From contig JAIMJQ010000007.1 of assembly GCA_020693165.1 (NCBI GenBank), forward strand, positions 1 to 51,275: a stretch of DNA of 51,275 bases, written 5' to 3'. The notes beneath the pieces are model-generated. The model saw only the letters and a list, made by a program, of their open reading frames with translations, did no database searches and was not told the DNA's origin. A program made the translations under genes and the position numbers. Position 1 is the first letter of the stretch, and every line of letters starts with the position of its first letter. Below are positions 35,350 to 45,402 of the stretch, one piece after another. This stretch comes from Xanthomonas sp. (GTDB taxonomy: Bacteria; Pseudomonadota; Gammaproteobacteria; Xanthomonadales; SZUA-5).

Positions 35350-38300
35350 TTACATTCGATCCAGCAGTTCGCGCCAGGATGCACGCGCCCAGATCGAATC
35401 TGCGTTGCTGGTAGCGTTCGCGATGGCCTGGTTTGCATTCGCACCAGGATTCGCCGGGTCGCAGACCGTGTTCGGCGGGCACGGCGGGACGCCCGGGATC
35501 AGCACCTGACCGCCGCCGCGAATCGTTACCGGGTCACCCGGTGGCGTCTGGCTTCTGACAATACCGCCGACAATGCGCGAAGGACTGGACTGGTTCGGAT
35601 CCACGTTGGCCTGGCCGTTGGCGGCATTGACCACCATCAAACCATAGCTCGCACCCGGATCGCAGGGGTCGGTACCCTTCGGGATGACCGAGCGCAGCAG
35701 AATCTGGTTGGACGAGTAGAACGGGAAGCCCGGTCCCCCGGAACGCTCACCCGGTTCGCCCGGAATGGCCAATGGAATGCGCCAACCGCGCTTGGTATCC
35801 GGCACCAGATTGGTCGTGGTGATCCGACGGACGAAGTTCGTATCCTCGGTCAAGGTCTGCGAGACCAGCTGGTCCACCGTGATCGGATACTTGGAACAGG
35901 CATCCGTATTGCTGGCGCTGCAGGTGCCGTAGTCGCGAATGCCGTAGAAGTTCTGGGTCGGTATCGCCGGAGACCGATCCGGCGCGCCGATGAACTTGCC
36001 GGATCCGAACACGTGGATGGGTCCACCGGTAACCGGGTCGGCCATCGGGATCGGTGCGGAAGCGATCGGTTCGTCGCCCGCCGCCGCTGCGCCGCCATTG
36101 CCGTAGGTGCGGAAGATCAGATCGACTTTCCAGTCGTTCGGATCGGCACTGGAAATATCGAAGCGCCACAGGTTTCCGGCCAGATCGCCGGCCAGCGCGA
36201 TGTCGTTGATCTGGTCGAGGCCGTAGTCATAGACGATCGGCTGCGACAAGCCGAAGGATCGGGTCGCCGTTTGCGGGGCGGTCGAGGTCCGCAGTTCCTT
36301 GATCAGCGTTCCGGTATTCAGGTCAATGACCAGCAGGGAGGTGCGCGACGCCGCCGTTTCACGACTCGCCGGATCAAGCGGATCGATCGGGAAGTAGCCG
36401 CTGGAGACCAGGGCAACCCACTTGTTCTGGTAGCGGATGCGCGCGAGATTGACGGATTCATAGGTGTAGCCCAACGAAGAGCAGAAGCGCGCCCCCGGCT
36501 GGCAGTCAGTGCCGCCGCCGGATGCCGGAGCCGCATTCGAGAATTCCCACAGTGCCGCGGTGGATGCGGCAGCTTCATTGATTACAACGGGATTGGTCAC
36601 ATCCAGCGCATAGATGCCGCGGCCGCCGAGTCGCAGCGAGCCGACCAGCAGCGTACGCCAGCGACCGTTGACGAAGGCATCGTAGACCAGCGGCTTGTCG
36701 TCAACCGTCGGCGTCAGCCCGGATTCCGCCTGGGTGGACTTGGTCAGGCGATAGTTGTCGATGATGGTATTGGGGATGTAGGCGAAACGCTCGGTACCGT
36801 CGCGGGCGTCGAAGGCATGCAGCATGCCGTCATTGGCCGCGACATAAAGCGTGGGTGAGCGGGCAATCCAGGTGTTCTGAAACACTTCATAGCCGGCATC
36901 GGCCTCCGCTGCGACCCGCTCGGGAGAACCCACCGGGAAGGCGTCGCGATGGCCGGAGTTGGGTGAGGACACATAGACCGGCTGGCCGCGGATCACGGCG
37001 CCCATCACCGAGCCGCGTGCGCGCAGCCGCGGATTCAGCGTGGTTTCGTGGTCGCGACTGCCGCGCACGTACTCCACCCGTTGCTCGCCGTAGCTGTCGG
37101 ACGTGAATGACGTCGGGCTGATATCCAGCCGCAGCGTCGCCGGGGACACATTCAGGCGCGATTGGTGCCGTGAGGTCAAATAATCCCATCGGAAGGGCGT
37201 GCCGCTGCCGGGAACGCCACTCGACGTGAAAATCGCGCGTGAGTCGGGGGCGCGCACCGGGAGACCGGACTGCCCAGTACTGGTACATGTGCCCCCATTG
37301 AGTTTGCAGCCCGCATCCCACAACACTTCGAGCGGCTGCGCGGTGTTCGGATCGAGGCGGTTGCGGGTGACGAAGCCCGACCAGTCGGCCGAGTCGTAAC
37401 CCGCCGAGTAACCCGTGGTGCCGTCGGTGATGATCGGCAAAGAAACCGACACCGCTGTGGAAGCGCCGCGTCGCGCCAGGATGCTGGACACGACTTCCGA
37501 CATCGCGGCGATCAGTTCATCCGGATTGGACGCAGTGAACGCCTGCCCGCGACTGTTGATCGCGGCGTGCCACATGTCATCCACATTGGGCGTGGTGTTT
37601 GCCTGGGTCCGCGGCCATTGCAGAGTGCCGAGGCGCAGGTTGCGGTAGTTGGCGTCGGTCTTGGGGATGCGGCCGTCGACGCCAAAGCTGATCATGAAAT
37701 TGACCATGTGCTGCCAGGTGGCCGGATTGTTGGCCGGGTTCCAGTAGATTTCCTTGTCGTCCAACGGGTTGAGGCTCGGCGTAATCGGGGCAAACAAATT
37801 GGTCGAGCGGTCCGGCAGGAATGGCGGCACCCGGTCGGCGAGATTTCGCAGATCGTTGGCCCAATAGTGCCAGGCGATGTCCGCCAGGGTAGTGCTCGCC
37901 GTGTGATTCTCATTCCACATGATCTTGCTTTCGGCATCGCCGACATTGAACGCCTTGCCGTCCGGCAGCGTCTGCGTGGTGTGGTCGTTCTTCGCCGGCA
38001 TTCCCGGGGGCGTCTGGTTCCAGAAGCCGTCGGTCGTCAGAAAATGAAAGTTCTGGCGACAGCTGAGCTCTATGCCGAGGTCTGCCTCATAATAGGGATT
38101 GGTGGTTGCCAGACCGGTGCTTCGCGAATAGAACTTGCCAACTCGGTCTGTCGAGTCCAGCGTTGGCGTGCCGCCGCCGACCGGTGAACCAAACAAACGT
38201 TTGTAGAAATTCGTGCGAACCGTACCGACGAATTTGTTGATCGTCGTTGAGCCGACAATTTTGTTCGTATTCATATTCTGGAACGCGATGCGCACGGTTT

Positions 38301-39258
38301 CATCGAAGGGCGCAAACGCGCGCGACATCGACGTGACCAATGTCAAATATCGCGTGTGATAGTAAGACCACCAGATTGCGAAGTTGACTTGCTGATCCGC
38401 TGGCAGTGGCACCCATTCCCAATTACTCTCAAGATAGAGATCATTCGGATTGGTGATCTTGTTCTGCGCATCGACTGTGAGTTCTGGAGCGCTGCTTTTG
38501 TACTTGAAGTAGCCCGCGCCGGTTTGTCCGCAGAAGTTGGCGGTCGCGAGATTGCGACTGGCATTGGTCGTCTTCGCGGGGCAGGGACATTCAGGGTCTC
38601 GGTCGCTATCCCGGTCGGAAAATGGACACCGGGGGAGGCCAGGGCTGGTGCCGTCGCATAGTTCTGGGGCAAGCGCGTCCGCGCCAGTCCCGGTAGGTGA
38701 GTCCGGACGATTACGCGCGATGCCATTGTTCCAGGCATTAGTGAAACGAGGTGTCGGAAATGGTGTGATACCGTCGTTCTTCAGCGGCACCTTGTAGGTA
38801 ATATTTGGATTATAGTAGACCCCATTGATCGAAAATGATCGCGGGTTCGTCGGGTTCGTGACGCCGGGGTCGATCACCGCGGCGCACAAGTATGGAATAG
38901 GCCGGCGCGGGCTTAAATTATAAGCGCGCGTATAATCATTGTTTGCATGAGTGCTTTGATCGTTGCGAACCCCAAGTCCGGTGACGCCGCCTCGGGTATC
39001 GTGCCAGCGCCGGTTGTAGTACGGCACTTCGTCGGGCATGAAGTGAAAGCCCATCGATCCGGAGTCGTCGAAAGTCACGACGATATTGGGAGAGACGCTC
39101 GCGGTGATCTCCGGCGGCGTTGGCAGCAGGTCGACGGTGCCGTCAGCGGCTTGCGCCAGTGCGCCCGCGGAGTAGCCAGCGATTCCCGCGACAACCAGTG
39201 CAACCGCGGCCAGGCGGCGAAGACCGGTGCGCAGGGGCTCTGCAGAATGAGTGTTCAT
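35350..39258 (-). CDS. pilY1: type IV pilus tip-associated protein PilY1 (PilC family)
   Basis: 1302 aa with a signal peptide. N-terminal vWA-like MIDAS motif (VVTFDDSGSM) and a large C-terminal beta-propeller-like region. Position between pilX and pilE. Confidence 0.85.
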   Translation of the reverse strand: MNTHSAEPLRTGLRRLAAVALVVAGIAGYSAGALAQAADGTVDLLPTPPEITASVSPNIVVTFDDSGSMGFHFMPDEVPYYNRRWHDTRGGVTGLGVRNDQSTHANNDYTRAYNLSPRRPIPYLCAAVIDPGVTNPTNPRSFSINGVYYNPNITYKVPLKNDGITPFPTPRFTNAWNNGIARNRPDSPTGTGADALAPELCDGTSPGLPRCPFSDRDSDRDPECPCPAKTTNASRNLATANFCGQTGAGYFKYKSSAPELTVDAQNKITNPNDLYLESNWEWVPLPADQQVNFAIWWSYYHTRYLTLVTSMSRAFAPFDETVRIAFQNMNTNKIVGSTTINKFVGTVRTNFYKRLFGSPVGGGTPTLDSTDRVGKFYSRSTGLATTNPYYEADLGIELSCRQNFHFLTTDGFWNQTPPGMPAKNDHTTQTLPDGKAFNVGDAESKIMWNENHTASTTLADIAWHYWANDLRNLADRVPPFLPDRSTNLFAPITPSLNPLDDKEIYWNPANNPATWQHMVNFMISFGVDGRIPKTDANYRNLRLGTLQWPRTQANTTPNVDDMWHAAINSRGQAFTASNPDELIAAMSEVVSSILARRGASTAVSVSLPIITDGTTGYSAGYDSADWSGFVTRNRLDPNTAQPLEVLWDAGCKLNGGTCTSTGQSGLPVRAPDSRAIFTSSGVPGSGTPFRWDYLTSRHQSRLNVSPATLRLDISPTSFTSDSYGEQRVEYVRGSRDHETTLNPRLRARGSVMGAVIRGQPVYVSSPNSGHRDAFPVGSPERVAAEADAGYEVFQNTWIARSPTLYVAANDGMLHAFDARDGTERFAYIPNTIIDNYRLTKSTQAESGLTPTVDDKPLVYDAFVNGRWRTLLVGSLRLGGRGIYALDVTNPVVINEAAASTAALWEFSNAAPASGGGTDCQPGARFCSSLGYTYESVNLARIRYQNKWVALVSSGYFPIDPLDPASRETAASRTSLLVIDLNTGTLIKELRTSTAPQTATRSFGLSQPIVYDYGLDQINDIALAGDLAGNLWRFDISSADPNDWKVDLIFRTYGNGGAAAAGDEPIASAPIPMADPVTGGPIHVFGSGKFIGAPDRSPAIPTQNFYGIRDYGTCSASNTDACSKYPITVDQLVSQTLTEDTNFVRRITTTNLVPDTKRGWRIPLAIPGEPGERSGGPGFPFYSSNQILLRSVIPKGTDPCDPGASYGLMVVNAANGQANVDPNQSSPSRIVGGIVRSQTPPGDPVTIRGGGQVLIPGVPPCPPNTVCDPANPGANANQAIANATSNADSIWARASWRELLDRM

Positions 39259-39284
39259 GGTTGTGTCCTCTGCGAACAGCAGTA

Positions 39285-39962
39285 TCAGGGTGCGCCAGGT
39301 GCGCCGGGATTGAAGCCCGCGTTGGTCAGGTTCAGCGAAGAGTAGACGCTCTCCGCGACGCGTATCACGTTGCCGCTGCCGCCCTGACTGCGGGCGGTGA
39401 TGCGGTAAAAATGGCGCGTGGTCAGGCCGCCGCCGCCGACCGGAAGCACGCCGCCACCGGTGCCGCCGCTCGATGGCGGCAAATCCGGGCCGAGATACTC
39501 GACCAGGAAGCGCGGCTGTTCCGCGAGGTTGGCGGTGATTCCGGACCCGGTCAGCGCGTCGAGGCTGCGATCATAAGCGCGCGCGCCGTCGCTGGCGGGT
39601 TCCAGCCAGGTTGTCGCGCTGCGGAATGTCTGCACGTTCGGGCGCACCAGACCCGCGGGGGTGCTCGTGTACACGCAATTGGTTGTGGAAGACCCACCAC
39701 ACGGTGGAAGTGGATTGGCACCGCCATTGAAATTGAGCATCCACAGCATTTCTTCGCCGCCGCGGAGCGCGGTCTCGGCGCCCATCAGCCCAAGCTGGCT
39801 GTTGCGCAGGGCGCCGGTCATGCGTTCCTGCATGATCGAGCTGCTCGACGCGGTGAGTGCCAGGATCGTCAGCAATACCAGGAAGATCATCGCCAGAAAC
39901 AGCACGGCGCCGGTTTGGTACTTCGGATTGCGGGGGTGATTCATGGGCGTGGCTCGCTTCAT
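39285..39962 (-). CDS. pilX: type IV pilus minor pilin PilX
   Basis: 225 aa. PilX N-terminal domain (GAVLFLAMIFLVLLTILALTASSSSIMQERM). ATGA overlap with pilW. Confidence 0.75.
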   Translation of the reverse strand: MKRATPMNHPRNPKYQTGAVLFLAMIFLVLLTILALTASSSSIMQERMTGALRNSQLGLMGAETALRGGEEMLWMLNFNGGANPLPPCGGSSTTNCVYTSTPAGLVRPNVQTFRSATTWLEPASDGARAYDRSLDALTGSGITANLAEQPRFLVEYLGPDLPPSSGGTGGGVLPVGGGGLTTRHFYRITARSQGGSGNVIRVAESVYSSLNLTNAGFNPGAPGAP

Positions 39963-41326
39963 GGCATTTTGTTGCGACCGGTGGACTGGGCGATAAACTC
40001 ACGGCGCAGGAAATTGCCAGCGAGAATGCCGGACGGCAGCGCGGAGTTAGCGGTTGGGTTGTAGCTGCTGGACTGATAGCGGTAGCTGCGACCGATCGCA
40101 TCCAGGGTCGCCAGTTCATCAACCGAATTGACCAGAATGGATGCTTCGATTCGGCGCACCGAGCGCCACAGGCAGCCCGGCTCGCTGGCTGCCGGCAAAT
40201 CGGGCGACGGACTCACGCCAATCGGTTTGAGCGGACAAGTGATTGCCCCTCCATTGCGCGTTTCGACCTGTGCGGCATTGAGGAAACGCATGCTGCCGCC
40301 GCTATCAAGCACCCCATAGACGAAATCGAGGCGGTCGACGCCGCGAACCAGTTCCTGCTCGACGCCATTCTCGCGGCGGATCAATACCGGTGTCAGCCGC
40401 AAACCGCCGGCATTGGGAGTTGCGTCCGGGTTGTCGTTCGCCCTGAAGGCAAGGTAGTAGGTGACCGTCACGAAGTCACGGGTGAAGTTGAATACTCGAA
40501 CATCCCGGGCGCCGCTGGCTGCGCAACTCGCGGCCACACTGTCAATTGCCGAGGAGCCTCCGGCAAGCACATTCCCGAAGGTCAATTGATTACCGGCGAC
40601 ATTCGCGACGGGAAAGATACTGGGCGTTTGGCAATCTGAAAGGAATGCCAATTGAGGCGTTGCGGCCGCGAAGTTCACCGGGTCATCGCCGACTTGCGGT
40701 GCGATAGTCAGTGTACCTCCGGTCTCACAGTTGCCGGTGCCGTCGATTGGCCACCCGGTTCCACGCAAGTAACGCACCGTCAGCACGTCGGCATCGGGTA
40801 CGCGACGTCCGGCGACCAGTCCCGCTGCTGGCAATCCGCCAGGCACGTTGGGCGTACACGTTGACCCGATGCAATTGTGCCCCTGGATGAAAAAGCGAGT
40901 GCTCAGCGAATAGGGCGCAGTGGCGTCAGCGGTCGTCATCTGGCCGGCCGCCGAAATGCTGTGCATGCTGCTGCCGCCGGTATCCGGCAGCGCCAGATTG
41001 GCAGCGAACACGCGGGGCGCGCGGTCCTGCCAAAGCGGCACCAAGGAACTGACGAGTCGATTTCCGGTGCGATTGCTGCAGTACTGGGCGCCCTGCATGC
41101 GCAAATCGGCCTCCATCCGCAGAGCGGCATAGCGGCCGTTTTCCTGAACGCGCGCGAGCGCGTCCTGGTGCTGATTGCTGCGACTGGTTGCGCCGAACAG
41201 GCTGACGATGCCGATCGACAAGATCAGCGCGATGGCGAGGGAGATCATCACCTCGACCAGCGTGAACCCGACGCTTCGGCAAATCCCTGATGCAGTACGC
41301 ATTGGTGATCTCACTGTTCCGGGCAT
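39959..41326 (-). CDS. pilW: type IV pilus minor pilin PilW
   Basis: Prepilin motif GFTLVEVMISLAIALILS, then QENGRYAL. The ATG at 41326 overlaps the pilV stop (ATGA). An alternative ATG at 41302 would give a shorter leader. Confidence 0.8.
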   Translation of the reverse strand: MPGTVRSPMRTASGICRSVGFTLVEVMISLAIALILSIGIVSLFGATSRSNQHQDALARVQENGRYAALRMEADLRMQGAQYCSNRTGNRLVSSLVPLWQDRAPRVFAANLALPDTGGSSMHSISAAGQMTTADATAPYSLSTRFFIQGHNCIGSTCTPNVPGGLPAAGLVAGRRVPDADVLTVRYLRGTGWPIDGTGNCETGGTLTIAPQVGDDPVNFAAATPQLAFLSDCQTPSIFPVANVAGNQLTFGNVLAGGSSAIDSVAASCAASGARDVRVFNFTRDFVTVTYYLAFRANDNPDATPNAGGLRLTPVLIRRENGVEQELVRGVDRLDFVYGVLDSGGSMRFLNAAQVETRNGGAITCPLKPIGVSPSPDLPAASEPGCLWRSVRRIEASILVNSVDELATLDAIGRSYRYQSSSYNPTANSALPSGILAGNFLRREFIAQSTGRNKMP

Positions 41327-41853
41327 CACGGTTGAAAGACCCAGGCGAAGGTTTGCGGCACAGCGCTGGCCGCGACGGCAGTTCCACCCTGGGTGCCCCT
41401 CAGCAGCGAGCTTTCGTCCCATTGGATGAGCAGCGTGCACAAACCGCCATACGGGGCAGCGCCGGCCTGGATAGGGGTACCCAAGGCGCCGCCGTCGCAG
41501 GCGATGGTGGCCGTTGCGTTGGGCAGGGAATCCACCAGTTGCTGGCTCCAGGTCGCGCGGTCGCGAACGACCAGTTGCGCCGGTGTGCAGGCTGCGCCAT
41601 TGGGGCAAGGGTCGGTGCCAATGGTCGAACTCGAATAGTCTCCGACGTAAGCGCTGATCTGACCCATGTTGGCGCGCATGCGATCGGCCATCGATTGCGC
41701 GAGAAAACTCGCCTGGGTTCGCAGGAAGGCGCTGTGGTTGGTCTTGACCGAGACCACCATGAGCCCGGCCATTCCCAGCAGGCCCAGGCTGAAAATCAGC
41801 ACGGCCACCAGCACTTCGATCAGAGTGAATCCGCGGTTTTTCTTGAGTTTCAT
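41326..41853 (-). CDS. pilV: type IV pilus minor pilin PilV
   Basis: 175 aa from the ATG at 41853 (MKLKKNRGFTLIEVLVAVLIFSLGLLGMAGL). Confidence 0.8.
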   Translation of the reverse strand: MKLKKNRGFTLIEVLVAVLIFSLGLLGMAGLMVVSVKTNHSAFLRTQASFLAQSMADRMRANMGQISAYVGDYSSSTIGTDPCPNGAACTPAQLVVRDRATWSQQLVDSLPNATATIACDGGALGTPIQAGAAPYGGLCTLLIQWDESSLLRGTQGGTAVAASAVPQTFAWVFQP

Positions 41854-41866
41854 GCGAGGTGAGCTC

Positions 41867-42412
41867 TCAACTGCAAGCTGCTGCCGGCGAGCCGGTGGTG
41901 TCTCGACGCGAGCGAATCGCACCCGCGCCGCTGATGATCACTCGTCGGGAGTGCGTGGCGCTGGGGCTGTCGCTCGGACGACAGACGTTGAAGTCGAACC
42001 CGGTTGCTGTCACCAGCGCGCCGGTGCTGTTGAACTGGAGGGTGGTGTTGGCGCCGCCGCCAGTCGATGCGGCGGTAATCCGGTAGTTCTGCGGCAGTGC
42101 AGCGCGTTGCAGAAGAATCTCCGCGGTGTCGGCTTCCTGCACGCTCCAGCCATTGTTCCAGTTGCCGCTCTCGGCAACGATGGAGACGTTTCTGCCGCGC
42201 TTGACGGCTTCGGCGCGGGCCATGTTCAGCGCGACGATCAGTTCGTTGGTGGTCGCGGTGACGGTCGTGCGGATCTGAAACTCGCGCATCGCTGGAATCG
42301 CGAATGCAGCCAGAACGGCAACCACGGCAATGGTCACGATCAACTCGAACAGCGTAAATCCCGAGTTCGATCGGGGCTGGCCTTGCTGCAACTTCAGGGC
42401 TCCGGTCTTCAT
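41867..42412 (-). CDS. fimT: GspH/FimT-family minor pilin (FimT or FimU)
   Basis: 181 aa. GFTLFELIVTIAVVAVLAAFAIP, then a GspH-like domain. First gene of the minor-pilin operon. Confidence 0.7.
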   Translation of the reverse strand: MKTGALKLQQGQPRSNSGFTLFELIVTIAVVAVLAAFAIPAMREFQIRTTVTATTNELIVALNMARAEAVKRGRNVSIVAESGNWNNGWSVQEADTAEILLQRAALPQNYRITAASTGGGANTTLQFNSTGALVTATGFDFNVCRPSDSPSATHSRRVIISGAGAIRSRRDTTGSPAAACS

Positions 42413-42583
42413 GGGGCGTTTTTGCTCGGGTTCAGGCCTGAGCGAAGGCTATGCGCAGCGCTGATCCGCTTCAAGGATGCGCTGGTGTAAGGTATCGAAC
42501 TGCGGACAAGCGGCATTGGCAAGCGCCGGAGCACGCAAAAGCGGCGCTTTGCGGTCGGTCAAGGAGCCGTGGGACGAGTCAAT

Positions 42584-42668
42584 GAGCCTTGATTCCGTGA
42601 GCCTTGATTCCGTTCATGGTTCGACAGGCTCACCACGAACGGAATCAAGTCTTCGAGCGGAATCGAGG
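42584..42668. repeat. Palindromic element with 15-nt tandem arms (GAGCCTTGATTCCGT x2) around a mini TGTTCG-type core
   Basis: Units at 42584-42613. Centre TCATGGTTCGACAGGCTCACCACGAAC (stem GTTCG/CGAAC). The partly complementary arm GGAATCAAGTCTTCGAGCGGAATCGAGG ends 1 nt before the bpt stop. Confidence 0.7.
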
Positions 42669-42669
42669 T

Positions 42670-43377
42670 TCATTGGCGCTGCAGCGGTATCCAGGTGCCG
42701 CCGACGCGCACTTCGGCGGGCCCGAACTGGTGCTTGTAGTGCATCTTCGGATGCTGGTCGATCCAGAAGCCGAGGTACAGGTGCTGCAACCCGAGCGCGC
42801 GGCATTGCTCGATCTGCTTCAGGATGGCGAGCGTGCCGAGCGATCGGCTCGCTTCGTCCGGGCTGAAATAGGTGTAGATGGCAGAGGCGGCGGCGTCGAC
42901 CTGGTCGGTCACCGCCGCTGCCAGCAACTCGCCGTCGCGGCGCAGTTCGAGGAACCAGGTGCTGGCCCAGCGACTGAGCAGGAAGCGGCTGTAGTCCTCG
43001 GGCGTCGGCTGTTGCATGCCGCCGTCGGCGTGGCGGCTGTCGATGTAGCGCCGATAAAGCTGGTAGTGCTCGTCCGACTCCGCAGCCCGACGCCAGTCGG
43101 TCTGGATGTCATGATTGCGCGCCAGTACGCGTCGCTGCGCCCGATTGGGGGTGAAGCCCGCGACTGGCAGGCGGTAGGCGGTGCAGGCGCTGCAGTTGGC
43201 GCAGTGCGGTCGATAGACGATATCGCCGGCGCGCCGAAAACCATGCGCAAGGGCGCGCCCGAAGAACTCGGCCAGATCCGGCGATTCCGGGTCGAGCACC
43301 TGATTGGTCGATTCGCGGTCGGCGTAGTAGCCGCAGGTGTGCGCCGCCGTGCGGTAGAGACGGATGCTGTCGGCCAT
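42670..43377 (-). CDS. bpt: arginyl/aspartate-glutamate leucyltransferase (Bpt, N-end rule)
   Basis: 235 aa from the ATG at 43377 (MADSIRLYRTAAHTCGYY). Motifs GFRRAGDIVYRPHCANCSAC and HLYLGFWI. Confidence 0.85.
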   Translation of the reverse strand: MADSIRLYRTAAHTCGYYADRESTNQVLDPESPDLAEFFGRALAHGFRRAGDIVYRPHCANCSACTAYRLPVAGFTPNRAQRRVLARNHDIQTDWRRAAESDEHYQLYRRYIDSRHADGGMQQPTPEDYSRFLLSRWASTWFLELRRDGELLAAAVTDQVDAAASAIYTYFSPDEASRSLGTLAILKQIEQCRALGLQHLYLGFWIDQHPKMHYKHQFGPAEVRVGGTWIPLQRQ

Positions 43378-43379
43378 GG

Positions 43380-44252
43380 TCAGGCGGCGGGTTGCGCCAG
43401 CAGCCGCATCAGGCCTTCCTGCGCAGTGGAAGCCACCAGACGGCCCTGGCGGTCGTAGATCATCCCGCGCGACAGGCCGCGCGCGCCCTGCGACGTCGGA
43501 CTGTCGCAGGAATACAGCAGCCACTCATCGACACGGAACCCGCGGTGGAACCACATCGCGTGATCGAGGCTCGCCATCTGCACATTGCCCTGCAGGTAAC
43601 TGATGCCGTGCGGCAGCGTCGCGGTGCCGATCAGGTGGAAGTCCGAGGCATAGGCGAGCAGTGCGCGATGCAGCAGCTGGTCGTCCGGGATGCGGTCGAC
43701 CAGGCGGAACCAGACGTGCTGGAACGGCGGCCGCTTCGGCGGCTTGAGCTCGTCGCGCGGATAGACGTGGCGGAATTCGAATGGCCCGCGGCTCATGACC
43801 CAACGCTGCAGCTTCGGCGGAATTTTTGCCAGCGTCTCCGCAGTCAGCGGTTCGCGCTCGGCGAGGTCCTCCGGCGGCGGCACGTCGGGCATCGACAGCT
43901 GGTGGGTCAGGCCGTCCTCGGGCTCCTGGAACGACGCCGCCATGTTCAGGATCGGCTGGCCATGCTGGATGGCGACCACGCGCCGGGAACTGAAGCTCTT
44001 GCCGTCGCGACTGCGGTCGACCTCATAGACGATCGGCGCCTCGACATCGCCAGCGCGCAGGAAATAGGCGTGCAGCGAATGCACGTCGCGACTCTCGACG
44101 GTACGCTGCGCCGCCGCCAGCGCCTGTCCCAGCACCTGACCACCGAAGACGAAGCGCGTGCCGATATCGCGGCTCTGGCCGCGAAACAGGTTCTCCTCGA
44201 TGCGTTCGAGCTGCAGCAGGTCGATCAGTTCGGTAACGATGGCGTGGGGCAT
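43380..44252 (-). CDS. tesB: acyl-CoA thioesterase II
   Basis: 290 aa from the ATG at 44252. LLQLERIEENLFRGQS, FGGQVLGQAL and a double hot-dog layout. Confidence 0.85.
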   Translation of the reverse strand: MPHAIVTELIDLLQLERIEENLFRGQSRDIGTRFVFGGQVLGQALAAAQRTVESRDVHSLHAYFLRAGDVEAPIVYEVDRSRDGKSFSSRRVVAIQHGQPILNMAASFQEPEDGLTHQLSMPDVPPPEDLAEREPLTAETLAKIPPKLQRWVMSRGPFEFRHVYPRDELKPPKRPPFQHVWFRLVDRIPDDQLLHRALLAYASDFHLIGTATLPHGISYLQGNVQMASLDHAMWFHRGFRVDEWLLYSCDSPTSQGARGLSRGMIYDRQGRLVASTAQEGLMRLLAQPAA

Positions 44253-44358
44253 GGGGTCGGCTGCAGCGAGGTTGCGGTGAGCATAGCGAAGCGCGGTCGC
44301 GATGATGTCGTACGAGTCCGCAAACGGGCAGGGCCCAGCCCGGATCCAGCGCAAACCT

Positions 44359-44574
44359 CCGTTCGGTCTGAGCGTTTCCCGCGGGCCTGCGAGCGGGAGA
44401 TGGTCGAAGTACGCCCGCCGCGCAAGCGCGTGGCTCGCGCTTACGATGAGTAGTGATCTCCCAGGCCGCAAACGCGCAGGCTGCGCTACTTGCCGCTGGC
44501 ATCGAGCCCGGCCAGTTCGCGTCCTTCGACTGTTTCCCCCGGAACGGCACGGGGGAAACGCTCAGGACGAACGG
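44359..44574. repeat. MITE-like element (216 nt) bounded by 22-nt terminal inverted repeats of the CCGTTC..CTGAGC family
   Basis: CCGTTCGGTCTGAGCGTTTCCC (44359-44380) against the reverse complement of 44553-44574, CCGTTCGTCCTGAGCGTTTCCC (2 mismatches). Same TIR family as 8860-9008. Confidence 0.7.
44532..44559 (-). terminator. Perfect 10-bp GC-rich hairpin downstream of trmJ
   Basis: GTTTCCCCCG-gaacggca-CGGGGGAAAC. No U tract, and it overlaps the right TIR of the MITE-like element. Confidence 0.35.
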
Positions 44575-44622
44575 TGTCGCGACGGGGTCACCGAAGAGTC
44601 GCGAGCCACGCGCACGGCGCGC

Positions 44623-45402
44623 CTACACGCCGCGCGGTTTGCGGCCGCGTACGGCGAACTCGGTCTCGCTGAGGATGCCGCGCAGGATCTGCAATTCGCG
44701 CTCGTCGGGCATGCCGCGCTGGTACAACCGACGCACGCGCCGCATGATCTTGGTCGAGCTGCGATCGCCGAAGAAGCCGATCAGTTCGAGCACCTGTTCG
44801 AGATGCACGAAATAGCGCTCCAGTTGCTCGTTCGGCGCCGGCACGTGGCTGTCGATCGGCGTCGTCGTGGCAACGCGACTGAGTGCCTCGCAGCGCAGCT
44901 CGTAGGACAGCACCTGCACCGCGCTGGCGAGATTCAGCGAGCTGTAGTGCGGATTGGCGGGGATGGTCACCAGGTACTGGCAGAGTTCCAGCTCCTCGTT
45001 GGTCAGACCGGTGCGCTCGGTCCCGTAGAGCACGGCGACCGGACCGGTGGCGGCGGCGTCGAGGGCCAGGCGGGCGAACTCGCGCGGTTCGACTTCGAGC
45101 ATGCGAATGCCGCGGCGACGGTCGCTGCTGCCGAAGACCACGCGGGCGTCGGCCAGCGCCTGCTGCAGCGAAGCGTGGACCGCGGCTTGTTCGAGCAGAT
45201 CCTCGGCGCCGGATGCCAGCGCGTTGGCCTCGGGATCGGGAAAGCGCAACGGCGACACCAGCCGCAGCTGCGTCAGGCCCATGGTTTTCAGGGCGCGCGC
45301 CGTCGACCCGATATTGCCGGGATGCGAGGTCTGCATCAGCACCGTGGCGATCGGCTGCAGCAGCGATTCCGCGCGGGTTGCGGGCTCTGCCAGCGCAGTC
45401 AT
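44623..45402 (-). CDS. trmJ: SpoU-family tRNA (cytidine/uridine-2'-O)-methyltransferase TrmJ-like
   Basis: 259 aa from the ATG at 45402. Motifs HPGNIGSTARALKTMG, VLYGTERTGL and IPANPHYSSLNLASAVQV. Confidence 0.8.
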   Translation of the reverse strand: MTALAEPATRAESLLQPIATVLMQTSHPGNIGSTARALKTMGLTQLRLVSPLRFPDPEANALASGAEDLLEQAAVHASLQQALADARVVFGSSDRRRGIRMLEVEPREFARLALDAAATGPVAVLYGTERTGLTNEELELCQYLVTIPANPHYSSLNLASAVQVLSYELRCEALSRVATTTPIDSHVPAPNEQLERYFVHLEQVLELIGFFGDRSSTKIMRRVRRLYQRGMPDERELQILRGILSETEFAVRGRKPRGV

